Source: an uncultured Marinoscillum sp. (GTDB lineage Bacteria; Bacteroidota; Bacteroidia; Cytophagales; MED-G16). Taken from it: DNA of 64,000 nt. Of this stretch, positions 20,017 to 29,176 are shown one piece after another. Positions within the stretch are counted from its first letter, which is position 1. Every line of letters starts with the position of its first letter. The DNA lies in NCBI GenBank assembly GCA_964527965.1, contig CAZGPH010000006.1, positions 175 to 64,174 on the forward strand. Reading direction: 5' to 3'. The notes under the pieces were generated by a model that did not search any database, was not told the origin of the DNA, and was given only the letters and a program-made list of their open reading frames with translations. The position numbers were made by a program, and so were the translations under genes.

Positions 20017-20942
20017 TAAAGGTTTTCAAGAACAGACATTACTTCTTTTACATGTTTCCTTGACTCCTCAAGAAGATCTCTCTCGTCAGAATTCAACTTT
20101 AACTCAATAACTTTTTCTATTCCATTAGATCCAAGGACTACTGGAACACCCAAATAACAATCATCAATATTATATTCTCCTTCGAGTTTAATACATACTG
20201 GAAAAATTCTTTTTTGATCTCTTATAATAGACTCAACCATTTGAGCTGCTGCTGCCCCCGGAGCATACCAAGCAGATGTTCCCATCAACTTAACTAACTC
20301 TCCACCTCCAAACTTAGTTCTTTCAATAATTTCATTAAGTTTTTTTTCCTCAATCAGTTCAGAAATTGGTATACCAGATACAGTAGTATACCTAGGTAGA
20401 GGCACCATCGTGTCTCCGTGACCACCTAGGAGTAGCGCCTGAATGTCTTTTGGAGATACATTCAACTCCTCAGAGATGAAAGCTCTAAACCTAGCAGTAT
20501 CTAAAATTCCAGCCATGCCCATAATCCTATTTCTATCAAAATTTGAAGTAAGATGTGCCTGATAAGTCATAACGTCTAATGGGTTTGATACAATAATTAT
20601 TATCGAATCTGGTGAGTGCTTTACAATATTTTCTGTAACTGACTCAACAATCTTTGCATTAGTTCCAATTAAATCATCTCTAGACATTCCAGGTTTTCTA
20701 GGGAGACCAGAAGTTATCACTACAACATCAGAGTTTTTCGTTTTTAAATAGTCATTAGTTGATCCAATTGTTCTAGTATCATATAAATTAATTGGAGCTT
20801 TCTGAAAAATATCTAATGACTTACCTTCAGATAAACCTTCTTTTATGTCAACTAAAACAACTTCATTACATACTTCTTTATAAGCTAAAACATCTGCGCA
20901 TGTTGCTCCTACGTTTCCTGCTCCTACTACTGTTACTTTCAT
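20016..20942 (-). CDS. mdh: Malate dehydrogenase (LDH-like)
   Basis: VGAGNVG, GLPRKPGMSRDDL, VSNPLD, LDTARF, GGHGDTMVP. Confidence 0.97.
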   Translation of the reverse strand: MKVTVVGAGNVGATCADVLAYKEVCNEVVLVDIKEGLSEGKSLDIFQKAPINLYDTRTIGSTNDYLKTKNSDVVVITSGLPRKPGMSRDDLIGTNAKIVESVTENIVKHSPDSIIIIVSNPLDVMTYQAHLTSNFDRNRIMGMAGILDTARFRAFISEELNVSPKDIQALLLGGHGDTMVPLPRYTTVSGIPISELIEEKKLNEIIERTKFGGGELVKLMGTSAWYAPGAAAAQMVESIIRDQKRIFPVCIKLEGEYNIDDCYLGVPVVLGSNGIEKVIELKLNSDERDLLEESRKHVKEVMSVLENL

Positions 20943-20996
20943 AATATTAAATTTTATGTAAAATTAGATAATGAGTAATAAACTTTTGATTTTAAT

Positions 20997-22328
20997 TTAA
21001 ATTATTTCAAAATCTAAAATTGTTTTTGTACTACTTATAACCTTATATTCATCACTAATCTGATGACCGACTACCCAAATTATTTTCTTATTTGAATCTT
21101 CTATAATAAACTGATTGTTTTTTTCATACCATGAAACTTTAGCATCAGACAAGAAACTTGAAATTTTTTTATGCTTTTTCATGCCAAGGGGTATAAATTT
21201 TTCTCCTTTTTTATATTTCCTAAAAGTCAAAGGAAATAAAACTTTATCATAGTCTAATTGAGCATTAGATGTATTATTATTTAAAATAAAATTTTGTTTA
21301 TCGTATTTAGATAAAGACAATTTAATTCCCTCTTTGGAAATCTCACCTATGGATTTAATCTGGATATTAACTTTATTTTTAATATCTGAATTAACAATAA
21401 AAAATGAATACCTATCATTACACAAAGTATATTTTTTTGAGTAAAACTTTTGATTATTATTCTTCTTAATAATTTTAATGAACTGTGATATCTGATCATA
21501 GTTAAATCCATATTCTCTTAAAAAATCATAAATTAATAATTCATAATAACTGTCATTTAAAAATGATTTGTTTACCTCTACAAAATTAGAAGAATGATTT
21601 ACATATTTTTTAGTAAACTCATTTAGATGATATACCATAAACTCTTCAACTTTATTAATTCTTTTTGATGACTCTAATATAGATTTTCCTAAGGAGTTAT
21701 TTATCTCAGACAATAATGGGATAACTTTATTTCTAATTTTATTCCTTGAGTATTTATCATCTTCATTTGACGAATCATCTCTCCAACTTAATTTCTTATT
21801 TTTAGCATAGCTTATCAAGTCTTTTTTATCTAAGTCCAATAAAGGTCTAATAAGATTTTTTGATTTTTTTTGAATACCTGATATCCCCTTATAACCTGTT
21901 GTTTTTATGAAATTAAATAATATAGTCTCTATATTATCATCTCTGTGATGAGCGGTTACGATAAAATCGTATTTATTTTTTTTAGAAAGCTCATCAAACC
22001 ACTCATATCTTAACTCTCTTGATGCCATCTGAATTGAAATATTATTTTCTTTTGAATAACTCTTTGTTTCAAAACTTTTTTTATAAAATTTTATTTTATT
22101 CTTATCACAAACAGTCTTCACTAATAAAATATCATCATCAGATTCTTCAGATCTCAATAAAAAATTACAAGAACAAACTGAAAACTTAAAATTAAAAACT
22201 TGAAATAAATTTAGTAGTACCATGGAATCTACTCCACCACTAACTGCTAAGAGATATTTTTTATTTTTATCTAACTTTTCTTTTTCAAAGAAATCATTAA
22301 AATATAGTTCTATATCTTTCGTTTTCAT
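20997..22328 (-). CDS. tilS: tRNA(Ile)-lysidine synthetase
   Basis: PP-loop AVSGGVDS, TAHHRDD.IET, RPLL, DSSN, RNKIR, C-terminal TilS domain. Confidence 0.95.
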   Translation of the reverse strand: MKTKDIELYFNDFFEKEKLDKNKKYLLAVSGGVDSMVLLNLFQVFNFKFSVCSCNFLLRSEESDDDILLVKTVCDKNKIKFYKKSFETKSYSKENNISIQMASRELRYEWFDELSKKNKYDFIVTAHHRDDNIETILFNFIKTTGYKGISGIQKKSKNLIRPLLDLDKKDLISYAKNKKLSWRDDSSNEDDKYSRNKIRNKVIPLLSEINNSLGKSILESSKRINKVEEFMVYHLNEFTKKYVNHSSNFVEVNKSFLNDSYYELLIYDFLREYGFNYDQISQFIKIIKKNNNQKFYSKKYTLCNDRYSFFIVNSDIKNKVNIQIKSIGEISKEGIKLSLSKYDKQNFILNNNTSNAQLDYDKVLFPLTFRKYKKGEKFIPLGMKKHKKISSFLSDAKVSWYEKNNQFIIEDSNKKIIWVVGHQISDEYKVISSTKTILDFEII

Positions 22329-22332
22329 TTAA

Positions 22333-22340
22333 CAAAAATA
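22333..22340 (-). promoter_or_regulatory. -7 box TATTTTTG for tilS
   Basis: Exact match 4 nt before the tilS ATG. Confidence 0.6.
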
Positions 22341-22391
22341 ACTATTTGAAAATTGCATAACATAAAATAATTATCTATCTATTTTTACACA

Positions 22392-23936
22392 ATGAAAACT
22401 CTTTTTTTTAATTTAATTTTTCTGAGCATAATTTCTTTTGATTTAATTGGTCAAAAAAAAGAAAAAATAAATTATAGTGCTGATGAACTAAAGTTTAAAA
22501 GAGTTAATAAGGAACCCGTAAGAAAATTAAAATATAATGTTGTATTTACTCAAGGTGAGACTGAGATCAAGTGTGATTCAGCTAATTTTTATAATAGAAG
22601 AAACATACTCGAAGCATTTGGGAAAATTATAATTACTAACTCTGATTCCTCTATAATAGTAGCAGAGAAACTAACATATGATGGAGAAAGTAAGACAGCT
22701 AAGCTAAGAGATAATGTTATTTACAAAAAAGGTGATGAACAAATAAAGACAAATAATTTAGATTACTTCATTGAGATGAAAATGGGAATTTTCTTTGATG
22801 ATGGAGAGTTAAATGATGAGATAAATACTCTTTCAAGTAGAAATGGCATATTCTATGGAGACCAAGACCTATCAATATTTTATGATAATGTTAAGTTAAT
22901 TGGTGAAAATTATATCCTTTTATCTGACTCCATGACATATAATTCAATATCAAAAGAAGCAATTACATTTGGATTTACTAAAATTCAGTCCGAAGATAGC
23001 ATAATAATCGAGTCTGATGGTGGTTTGTTTAGACAAGAGACTAACTATTCTAAATTAAATTCTAGCAAAATTGAAACAGATCAATATATATTAGAAGGAG
23101 ATATTATAAACTTTGATGATGAGAACTCAATCTATTACGCAAGTAAAAATGTTAAATTAAAAATAAAAGAATCTGATTATTATGTTTATGGTGATGAGGG
23201 AATATATTCAAAGGAAAATAATACTACTAAAATCTTTGGAAATACTCTACTAAAAAAAATAATCGAAAATGATACATTCTATTTATCTTCCGACACAATC
23301 CTAGCCGTTGATAAAGAGAGTGAAATACAAAATCTGTTTGCCTATAAGAATGTTAAGTTTTATAAAAATAATTTTATCGGGAAATCTGATTCTATTTTAT
23401 TTAATATTAATGATTCATTAATAAAAATGTATAATGATCCTATCATATGGAATCAAAATAATCAAATAACTTCTGATACTATATCTTTTAAACTTATATC
23501 TAATAAAGTTGAACAGATGAATTTACTTAAAAATTCATTTATAATTTCTAAAGATTCTTTAGGAAACTTTAATCAGATAAAGGGGAGGAATATGCTTGCA
23601 ACATTTTCTGATGAAAATTATCTAAAAACTATAAATGTTAATGGGAATGGAGAAACAATTTATTTTGGACTTAATGAAGAATCAAATTCAATTTTAGGAT
23701 TAAACTATATTGTGTGTAGTGATTTAAAATTAAATTTTGAAAATAATGAAATAAATAACATAATTTTTTACAAAAATCCGATAGCAAAAATGATTCCCCC
23801 ACATGAGATAAAAGAAAAAGATTTATATATTAAATCTTTTGAGTGGCGGGAAGAAGATAAACCAAAAATTAGTGATGTAGTTTATTATTTTAGAAAAAAG
23901 ATATATTTGCGAAATGATTCAAAAATTAAAAACTAG
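22392..23936 (+). CDS. OstA-like (LptA/LptD N-terminal beta-jellyroll) protein
   Basis: Signal peptide followed by Q, repeated beta-strand units, NQIKGRNM motif, position upstream of bamD. Confidence 0.8.
   Translation: MKTLFFNLIFLSIISFDLIGQKKEKINYSADELKFKRVNKEPVRKLKYNVVFTQGETEIKCDSANFYNRRNILEAFGKIIITNSDSSIIVAEKLTYDGESKTAKLRDNVIYKKGDEQIKTNNLDYFIEMKMGIFFDDGELNDEINTLSSRNGIFYGDQDLSIFYDNVKLIGENYILLSDSMTYNSISKEAITFGFTKIQSEDSIIIESDGGLFRQETNYSKLNSSKIETDQYILEGDIINFDDENSIYYASKNVKLKIKESDYYVYGDEGIYSKENNTTKIFGNTLLKKIIENDTFYLSSDTILAVDKESEIQNLFAYKNVKFYKNNFIGKSDSILFNINDSLIKMYNDPIIWNQNNQITSDTISFKLISNKVEQMNLLKNSFIISKDSLGNFNQIKGRNMLATFSDENYLKTINVNGNGETIYFGLNEESNSILGLNYIVCSDLKLNFENNEINNIIFYKNPIAKMIPPHEIKEKDLYIKSFEWREEDKPKISDVVYYFRKKIYLRNDSKIKN
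23902..23909 (+). promoter_or_regulatory. -7 box TATATTTG for bamD (inside the 3' end of the OstA-like gene)
   Basis: Exact match 4 nt before the bamD ATG. Confidence 0.6.
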
Positions 23937-24726
23937 TATAATAGCTTCTTTATTCTTTTTAATCTTCTCATGCAGTGAGTATAGAAAGGTTTTGAAGACA
24001 GAAGGATATGAAAAAAAATTAAAAGCTGCTATTGAATATTATGAAAATGATGAGTTTTTCAAGGCCAGCACATTATTTAGTGATATAAAGCCTCTTGTGA
24101 AGGGAAGTGAAGAATCTGAAACTGTAGATTTCTATTTCGCATATACATTATATAAACTTAAACAATATGATAAAAGTGCAAAATACTTTAAAGGATTTAT
24201 TGAACTTTTTTCGAGAAGCGAGAAAGTTGTAGAAGCAGAATATTTATATGCAATTTCATTATACAAAACATCTCCAAATTCTAACCTAGATCAGTCAAGT
24301 ACAGTAGAAGCAATTTCTGCAGTTCAAAATTTTATAAATAAATACCCTTACTCTGAATACTCTATAGATGCAAATAATATAATTGACGAATTACAAGTAA
24401 AACTAGAGACCAAAAACTTTGAAAACGCAAAACAATACTACAAAACAAGAAACTATAAGTCAGCAATAATTGCTTTTAATAACTTTGAAAATGATTTTCC
24501 TGACTCTTCTTTTAATGAAGAAGGAGGATATCTTAAAATTCTATCTCAATATCTTATTTCAATCAACAGCTTTGAAAATCTTCAGAAAGAAAGATTTAAA
24601 GAAACTATTGATTTTTATATAGACTTTATAGATAAATACCCTAAAAGTCCCTTTCAATTACAAGCTGAAAAAATGTATGTTGAAAGTTTAAATTTATTGA
24701 CTAAGTTTGCAGAACAAAAAAAATAA
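23914..24726 (+). CDS. bamD: Outer membrane protein assembly factor BamD
   Basis: Lipobox FSC, TPR helices, LDQSST, FINKYPYSEY, AIIAFNNF. Confidence 0.9.
   Translation: MIQKLKTSIIASLFFLIFSCSEYRKVLKTEGYEKKLKAAIEYYENDEFFKASTLFSDIKPLVKGSEESETVDFYFAYTLYKLKQYDKSAKYFKGFIELFSRSEKVVEAEYLYAISLYKTSPNSNLDQSSTVEAISAVQNFINKYPYSEYSIDANNIIDELQVKLETKNFENAKQYYKTRNYKSAIIAFNNFENDFPDSSFNEEGGYLKILSQYLISINSFENLQKERFKETIDFYIDFIDKYPKSPFQLQAEKMYVESLNLLTKFAEQKK
24702..24709 (+). promoter_or_regulatory. -7 box TAAGTTTG for rpoZ
   Basis: Exact match inside the bamD 3' end, 22 nt before the rpoZ ATG. Confidence 0.5.
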
Positions 24727-24731
24727 CAGCT

Positions 24732-25058
24732 ATGAAAGTAAAATCTAAAATAACGCACTTAAATGTTGATGAAATAGCATCAAAGACCGGAAATATTTAC
24801 AAATCTGTTAGAGTAATAGGTAAAAGAGCTAGACAACTTTCTGCTACTCAGAAAGAAGAATTAAGTGAAAAATTAGCTGAATTTGCTTCTGATATAGATA
24901 ACCTAGAAGAAGTATTTGAAAATAGAGAACAGATTGAGATTTCTAGATATTTTGAAAGATTACCTAAATCAACTACTGTAGCATCAGAAGAATTAGTAAA
25001 TGACGAGTTATTCTACAGAAATCCAGAGGAAGAGGAAGAAAGTAGTAAATTAGATTAA
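24732..25058 (+). CDS. rpoZ: RNA polymerase omega subunit (Bacteroidota type)
   Basis: TGNIYKSV.VIGKRARQL, DNLEEVFENREQIEISRYFE. Confidence 0.92.
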   Translation: MKVKSKITHLNVDEIASKTGNIYKSVRVIGKRARQLSATQKEELSEKLAEFASDIDNLEEVFENREQIEISRYFERLPKSTTVASEELVNDELFYRNPEEEEESSKLD

Positions 25059-25072
25059 ATTTTAATTTTTTA

Positions 25073-25966
25073 ATGTTAAGAATTCTTTCTTTTCTAATAA
25101 TTCTATTCTCTCCATTACAAATTTATTCCCAAGAACTTAACACCAAAGTCCTAATTAACACTGAAAAACTTCAGTCTTCTGAATCTCTGATTTTTGAGGA
25201 GATGCAGAATTCAATTGAACAATTTTTAAATAATAAAATTTGGACAGAAGATAAGTTTGAAAGCGAAGAAAGAATAAACTGTAATTTTATTATTAATATT
25301 CTAAATGAACCTTCCTCAAATATATATGAAGCAACAGTTCAGATTGTTTCTTCAAGACCTATTTTTAATTCTTCATATGAAAGTATTCTTTTTAATCATG
25401 GTGATAGAGAATGGGTCTTTGAATATCTTCCATCACAAAATATTGAATTCACAGAAAATGGGTTTAATGATAATTTAACTTCTCTTATTTCTTTTTATGC
25501 TTTTATTATCATTGGAATAGATTATGATTCATTTGAAAAACTAGGTGGAGATGAAAGTTTTCAAAAGGCTTGGAAGATTTTAAATGAATCTCAGAATTCA
25601 GGTTACAAAGGATGGGATCAATTTGGGTCAAAGCAAAATAGATATTGGATTTGTGAAAATTTTATTAACCCAGAATTTAGGCCAGTAAGAGAAGCCATAT
25701 ATAATTATCATCTTAATGGGCTTGATTCTTTTTATTCAAACCCAGAGGAGTCTAGAGATACTATATTGAATAACCTAAAAGAAATAAATAAGGTTAATAC
25801 TAAAAATTTTAACTCAAGTATTCTTAACCTTTTTATAAATGCAAAATCTGATGAAATAACAAACATATTTAAAGAAGCTCCATTAAGTGTTAAAAGAAAC
25901 GCATATAATGTTTTGATGGAATTATCTCCATCAAATAGTGATTTATTTAACAAGATCTTAGAGTAG
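25073..25966 (+). CDS. DUF4835 family protein (PorD-like, T9SS-associated)
   Basis: Signal peptide + QELN, ERINCN, NLTSLISFYA, IIGIDYDSF, NRYWI. Confidence 0.85.
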   Translation: MLRILSFLIILFSPLQIYSQELNTKVLINTEKLQSSESLIFEEMQNSIEQFLNNKIWTEDKFESEERINCNFIINILNEPSSNIYEATVQIVSSRPIFNSSYESILFNHGDREWVFEYLPSQNIEFTENGFNDNLTSLISFYAFIIIGIDYDSFEKLGGDESFQKAWKILNESQNSGYKGWDQFGSKQNRYWICENFINPEFRPVREAIYNYHLNGLDSFYSNPEESRDTILNNLKEINKVNTKNFNSSILNLFINAKSDEITNIFKEAPLSVKRNAYNVLMELSPSNSDLFNKILE

Positions 25967-26164
25967 ATGTCATTTAAACAAAAGTTGATTCCTTTTTTTC
26001 TCAGAAAATACTTTAATTATTATCTTGAAAATGGCTTTAAAAAAACAGTAAAGAAATATGGCTGGAAATTATTTGCCATAATTTTTTTATATTATTTAAT
26101 TAGAGATTCGATACTTTATATAATAATTCCTTATTTTGCCTTAAAAGGAATATTTAATTTTTAG
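25967..26164 (+). CDS. Small hypothetical membrane protein (65 aa, KKYGWK...YYLIRD)
   Basis: ATG directly after the upstream TAG and 3 nt before fabI; basic amphipathic N-half plus a hydrophobic hairpin. Confidence 0.75.
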   Translation: MSFKQKLIPFFLRKYFNYYLENGFKKTVKKYGWKLFAIIFLYYLIRDSILYIIIPYFALKGIFNF

Positions 26165-26167
26165 ATT

Positions 26168-26968
26168 ATGTTACTTAAAGGAAAAAAAGGAATTATATCT
26201 GGTGCTTTAGATGAAAACTCTATTGCTTGGAAAGTTGCTGAAAAGTGTTTTGAAAATGGTGCAAAAATTACTTTAACTAATGCCCCTATTGCACTTAGAA
26301 TGGGAAAAATTAATGAGCTAGCTGAAAAGTGCTCATCTAAGGTAATCCCTGCAGACCTTACCTCAGTAGAAGATATAGAAAATCTTTACGATGAATCTTC
26401 TAATCTATTAGGTGATAAAGTTGACTTTATTTTACATTCAGTGGGCATGTCTCCTAACGTAAGAAAAAATAAAGAGTATGGTGACCTTAATTATGATTGG
26501 TTAAATAAGACTTTAGATGTTTCAGCTATCTCATTCCATAAAATGATGCAAGTTGCTGAAAAAAGAAATTTCTTAAATAAATGGTCTTCTGTTGTCGGAC
26601 TATCCTACATAGCTGCTCAAAGAACATTTCCATTTTATTCGGATATGGCAGAAGCAAAATCATTACTTGAATCAATAACCAGGAGTTATGGATATAGATT
26701 AGGTAAAATTTCAAAGACAAGAGTAAACACAATATCTCAGTCACCAACTGTAACTACAGCTGGAGCCGGAATTGAAGGGTTTAATGCTTTCTTCAACTAC
26801 GCAGAAAAAATGTCCCCACTTGGTAATGCTACTGCGGAAGAATGTGCAAACTATTGTATATTTTTATTTTCTGATCTAAGTAAAAAAATAACAATGCAAA
26901 ATTTATTTCATGATGGCGGATTTTCGAACACAGGAATATCTGAAGATATAATAGATCAATTCAGCTAA
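26168..26968 (+). CDS. fabI: Enoyl-ACP reductase FabI (Bacteroidota type)
   Basis: LKGKKGII.GALDENSIAW, Y..M..AK catalytic motif, RVNTISQSPT, TMQNLFHDGG. Confidence 0.93.
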   Translation: MLLKGKKGIISGALDENSIAWKVAEKCFENGAKITLTNAPIALRMGKINELAEKCSSKVIPADLTSVEDIENLYDESSNLLGDKVDFILHSVGMSPNVRKNKEYGDLNYDWLNKTLDVSAISFHKMMQVAEKRNFLNKWSSVVGLSYIAAQRTFPFYSDMAEAKSLLESITRSYGYRLGKISKTRVNTISQSPTVTTAGAGIEGFNAFFNYAEKMSPLGNATAEECANYCIFLFSDLSKKITMQNLFHDGGFSNTGISEDIIDQFS

Positions 26969-26970
26969 AG

Positions 26971-27774
26971 ATGTTTCTTTATCCAAATGCTAAAATAAAT
27001 ATAGGATTAAATATAATTAATAAACTCAAATCAGGATATCATGAAATAGAGTCCTGTTTTTGTCCTGTATCCCTATATGATATAATTGAAGTTAATACTT
27101 CTGATAAGGATCATCTAACAACTTCAGGAATTGATATAAATTCAGATATTTCTGATAATATCTTAATTAAATGTTTGAAGAAATTTAATTCTATTAATAA
27201 ATTCAGAATTCATCTACATAAAAAAATTCCTGTAGGAGCTGGTCTTGGAGGAGGATCATCTGATGCAGCTTTTTTTTTGAATTTTTTAAATAATAATACT
27301 CAAGGAAAGCTGACAAATAAACAATTGTTTCAAGTTGCAAATGAAATTGGAAGTGATTGTCCTTTTTTTTTAGAAAATAAAAAAAAATATGTAACAGGAA
27401 CTGGAAATATACTAAATGAAATTAAAATTGATATCAAAAATAAATTCATTCTAATAGTTGATCCAGAAGAACCTATAAATACTACAGAAGCTTATAATAA
27501 TGTAATACCAAATAAACCAAAGTATGATTTAAGAGATGTTCTATTTAATGAAAATATAGAAAATTGGTCAAAATATGTTAAAAATGATTTTGAGAATTTT
27601 GCTTTTAAAAAAATAAAAACATTAAATAAAATTAAGGAACTCTTGATTAGATTAGGAGCAGATTTTGTTAGTTTATCTGGAAGCGGTTCTTGTATTTACG
27701 GGATATTTAATACTGATTATATTAATGAAATTGACTTTCCTAAGAATTCATTTAAAGTAAAATTTATTGAATAA
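26971..27774 (+). CDS. ispE: 4-diphosphocytidyl-2-C-methyl-D-erythritol kinase
   Basis: AKINIGL, KKIPVGAGLGGGSSDAA, GSDCPFF, SGSGS. Confidence 0.96.
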   Translation: MFLYPNAKINIGLNIINKLKSGYHEIESCFCPVSLYDIIEVNTSDKDHLTTSGIDINSDISDNILIKCLKKFNSINKFRIHLHKKIPVGAGLGGGSSDAAFFLNFLNNNTQGKLTNKQLFQVANEIGSDCPFFLENKKKYVTGTGNILNEIKIDIKNKFILIVDPEEPINTTEAYNNVIPNKPKYDLRDVLFNENIENWSKYVKNDFENFAFKKIKTLNKIKELLIRLGADFVSLSGSGSCIYGIFNTDYINEIDFPKNSFKVKFIE

Positions 27775-28792
27775 AGTGGTCCCATCCCTGAGATTCTATA
27801 TCAACTTCCTTATTATTTTTTAAAATAAATAAATTCTTTTTTTTCTTAGTAAAATGTCCTATTGCTGTAATATCAATATTTGAGATATTCATTTTTTCAA
27901 ATACATCAACAGGTAGAGAGAATAATAACTCATATTCTTCACCTCCTTTTAAAGCTGCAGAGAGAGGTGATAGTTTAAATTTATTCATCATAGAAGTTAC
28001 TTCTAATGATATTGGAAGTTTTTCTTCATAAATTTTAAAACCTAATTTAGATGACTTAGAGAGATGAATTAATTCAGATGAGAGACCATCAGAAATATCA
28101 ATCATAGCATTAGGCCTTATATTATTATTATAAAAAAAATCAATAATATCATTTCTTGCTTTAGGTCTCAATTGCTTTTCAACTAAACTTTTATAATTAT
28201 CTAATGACGGTTGAATCTTGGGATTTTTTATAAAATTTTCCTTTTCTTTTTGTAATACTAATAAGCCGGCATATGCCCTACCTAGATCACCAGATACACA
28301 AATAATATCATCTGGTTTAGCATTTTCTCTTGTAACAATATTTTTTTTAGAATTATAACCTAATGCTGTACCTGAAATTATTAATCCTGATGTAGATGAG
28401 GTCGTATCTCCACCTATCAAATCAACTTTATAATCATCACATGCATACATTACTCCATCATAAAACTCATCCAAAGCTTCCACAGAAAATTTGCTACTAA
28501 GTGCAATATTTAAAAGAATTTGATTAGGATAAGAATTCATAGAATATATATCTGATAGATTTATAATAACTGACTTATAACCTAAATGTTTAAGTGGGGT
28601 ATATGATAAATCAAAGTGAATACCTTCAACAAGCATATCTGATGAGATCACTACATTTTCTTTTTCAGCCTTAGTTATAGCAGCGTCATCTCCAATTCCA
28701 ATTAAAGATGAATTACATTTATTTTTAAATTTAGAATTAATCCTATTTATTATTCCAAATTCACCTATTTTACTTAAATCAGTCCTATTCAT
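27764..28792 (-). CDS. thiL: Thiamine-monophosphate kinase
   Basis: GEFGII, GIGDDAA, EGIHFD, NLSDI, GGDT, DISDGL, GGEEYELLF. Confidence 0.96.
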   Translation of the reverse strand: MNRTDLSKIGEFGIINRINSKFKNKCNSSLIGIGDDAAITKAEKENVVISSDMLVEGIHFDLSYTPLKHLGYKSVIINLSDIYSMNSYPNQILLNIALSSKFSVEALDEFYDGVMYACDDYKVDLIGGDTTSSTSGLIISGTALGYNSKKNIVTRENAKPDDIICVSGDLGRAYAGLLVLQKEKENFIKNPKIQPSLDNYKSLVEKQLRPKARNDIIDFFYNNNIRPNAMIDISDGLSSELIHLSKSSKLGFKIYEEKLPISLEVTSMMNKFKLSPLSAALKGGEEYELLFSLPVDVFEKMNISNIDITAIGHFTKKKKNLFILKNNKEVDIESQGWDHFIQ

Positions 28793-28825
28793 AAAAATTT
28801 ATTGTAATAAATATATTTTAATATT

Positions 28826-28833
28826 TAATTTTG
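28826..28833 (+). promoter_or_regulatory. -7 box TAATTTTG for iscA
   Basis: Exact match 16 nt before the ATG in the thiL/iscA divergent spacer. Confidence 0.6.
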
Positions 28834-28849
28834 TAAATAATTAAACAAT

Positions 28850-29176
28850 ATGATTAAAATTACTGACAAGGCTGCAAAAAAACTTAAAGAATTAAGAGAA
28901 TCAGAAAATCATTCTCTAGAACATAATGTAAGAGTTAAAGTTAAGGGAGGAGGATGTTCCGGTTTACTTTATGATCTTAATTTCGATAAAGAAATTTCTG
29001 ATAAAGATGAATCTTTTGAAGACAATGGGATGAAAATTATTGTTGATAAAAAAAGTTTATTTTACGTTCTTGGAACAGAACTTGATTTTAGTGATGGATT
29101 AAATGGTAAAGGTTTTCAGTTTAAAAATCCAAATGCTACTAGAACTTGTGGTTGTGGAGAAAGCTTTTCTGTTTAG
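28850..29176 (+). CDS. iscA: A-type Fe-S carrier (HesB/IscA/SufA family)
   Basis: GGGCSG and NPNATRTCGCGESF. Confidence 0.95.
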   Translation: MIKITDKAAKKLKELRESENHSLEHNVRVKVKGGGCSGLLYDLNFDKEISDKDESFEDNGMKIIVDKKSLFYVLGTELDFSDGLNGKGFQFKNPNATRTCGCGESFSV

